A program made the translations under genes and the position numbers. From Longimicrobiales bacterium (GTDB lineage Bacteria; Gemmatimonadota; Gemmatimonadetes; Longimicrobiales; Gaopeijiaceae), in the NCBI GenBank assembly GCA_965223235.1, contig CBDCVV010000016.1, positions 92,108 to 156,107 of the forward strand: a stretch of 64,000 nucleotides of DNA. The letters run 5' to 3'. Shown here one piece after another: positions 63,921-64,000 of the stretch. Below the pieces are notes generated by a model that was given only the letters and a program-made list of their open reading frames with translations, was not told where the DNA came from and did no database searches. Every line of letters begins with the position of its first letter. The first letter of the stretch is position 1.

Positions 63921-64000
63921 CGAGTCATCCGCTCCACCTGCTCCTCGTCTGGAAGCCTGCCGCGGCCGGCCGACAGATTGTCCACCATGTGCGCCGGATC

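Overview
High-GC bacterial chromosomal window. By inference from gene content (PadR plus duplicated FtsX permease, TPR Ser/Thr kinases, CarboxypepD_reg proteins, beta-propeller lipoproteins) it is probably Gemmatimonadota/Acidobacteriota-like. I support about 45 protein genes. Housekeeping genes include leuS, tkt, thrC-thrB and recQ. There are also two Ser/Thr kinases, a surface/secreted-protein block at 39.9-49.7 kb, and an amide/peptide hydrolase block at 49.7-59 kb. The outstanding region is non-coding. Seventeen tRNA genes lie head-to-tail on the minus strand at 22.0-24.7 kb, and a separate tRNA-Pro(GGG) lies at 26.36 kb. Five of these tRNAs (three Ser, two Pro) are followed on their own strand by 'echo' units. 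Each echo repeats the last 13-17 nt of the tRNA, always breaking inside the T-loop, and then continues into tRNA-sized structured non-tRNA sequence. In the Ser(CGA) and Pro(GGG) arrays each unit also has its own terminator-like hairpin. The echoes form tandem arrays of 4 x 185 bp (Ser-CGA) and 2 x 123 bp (Pro-GGG). The three Ser-associated units share an architecture, with stems that covary between loci. I saw no integrase, transposase, CRISPR array or rRNA. Other items worth a second look:
- two structured or terminator-bounded spacers inside the tRNA cluster;
- a recurrent GC hairpin family;
- a histone H1-like KA-repeat gene divergent from a SprT-like protease;
- Big_1 repeat proteins fused to redox-type domains (CxxCH, cupredoxin);
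- a Tat-signal small protein coupled to a signal-less amidase.
All calls are manual motif and fold reading; no database search was run.
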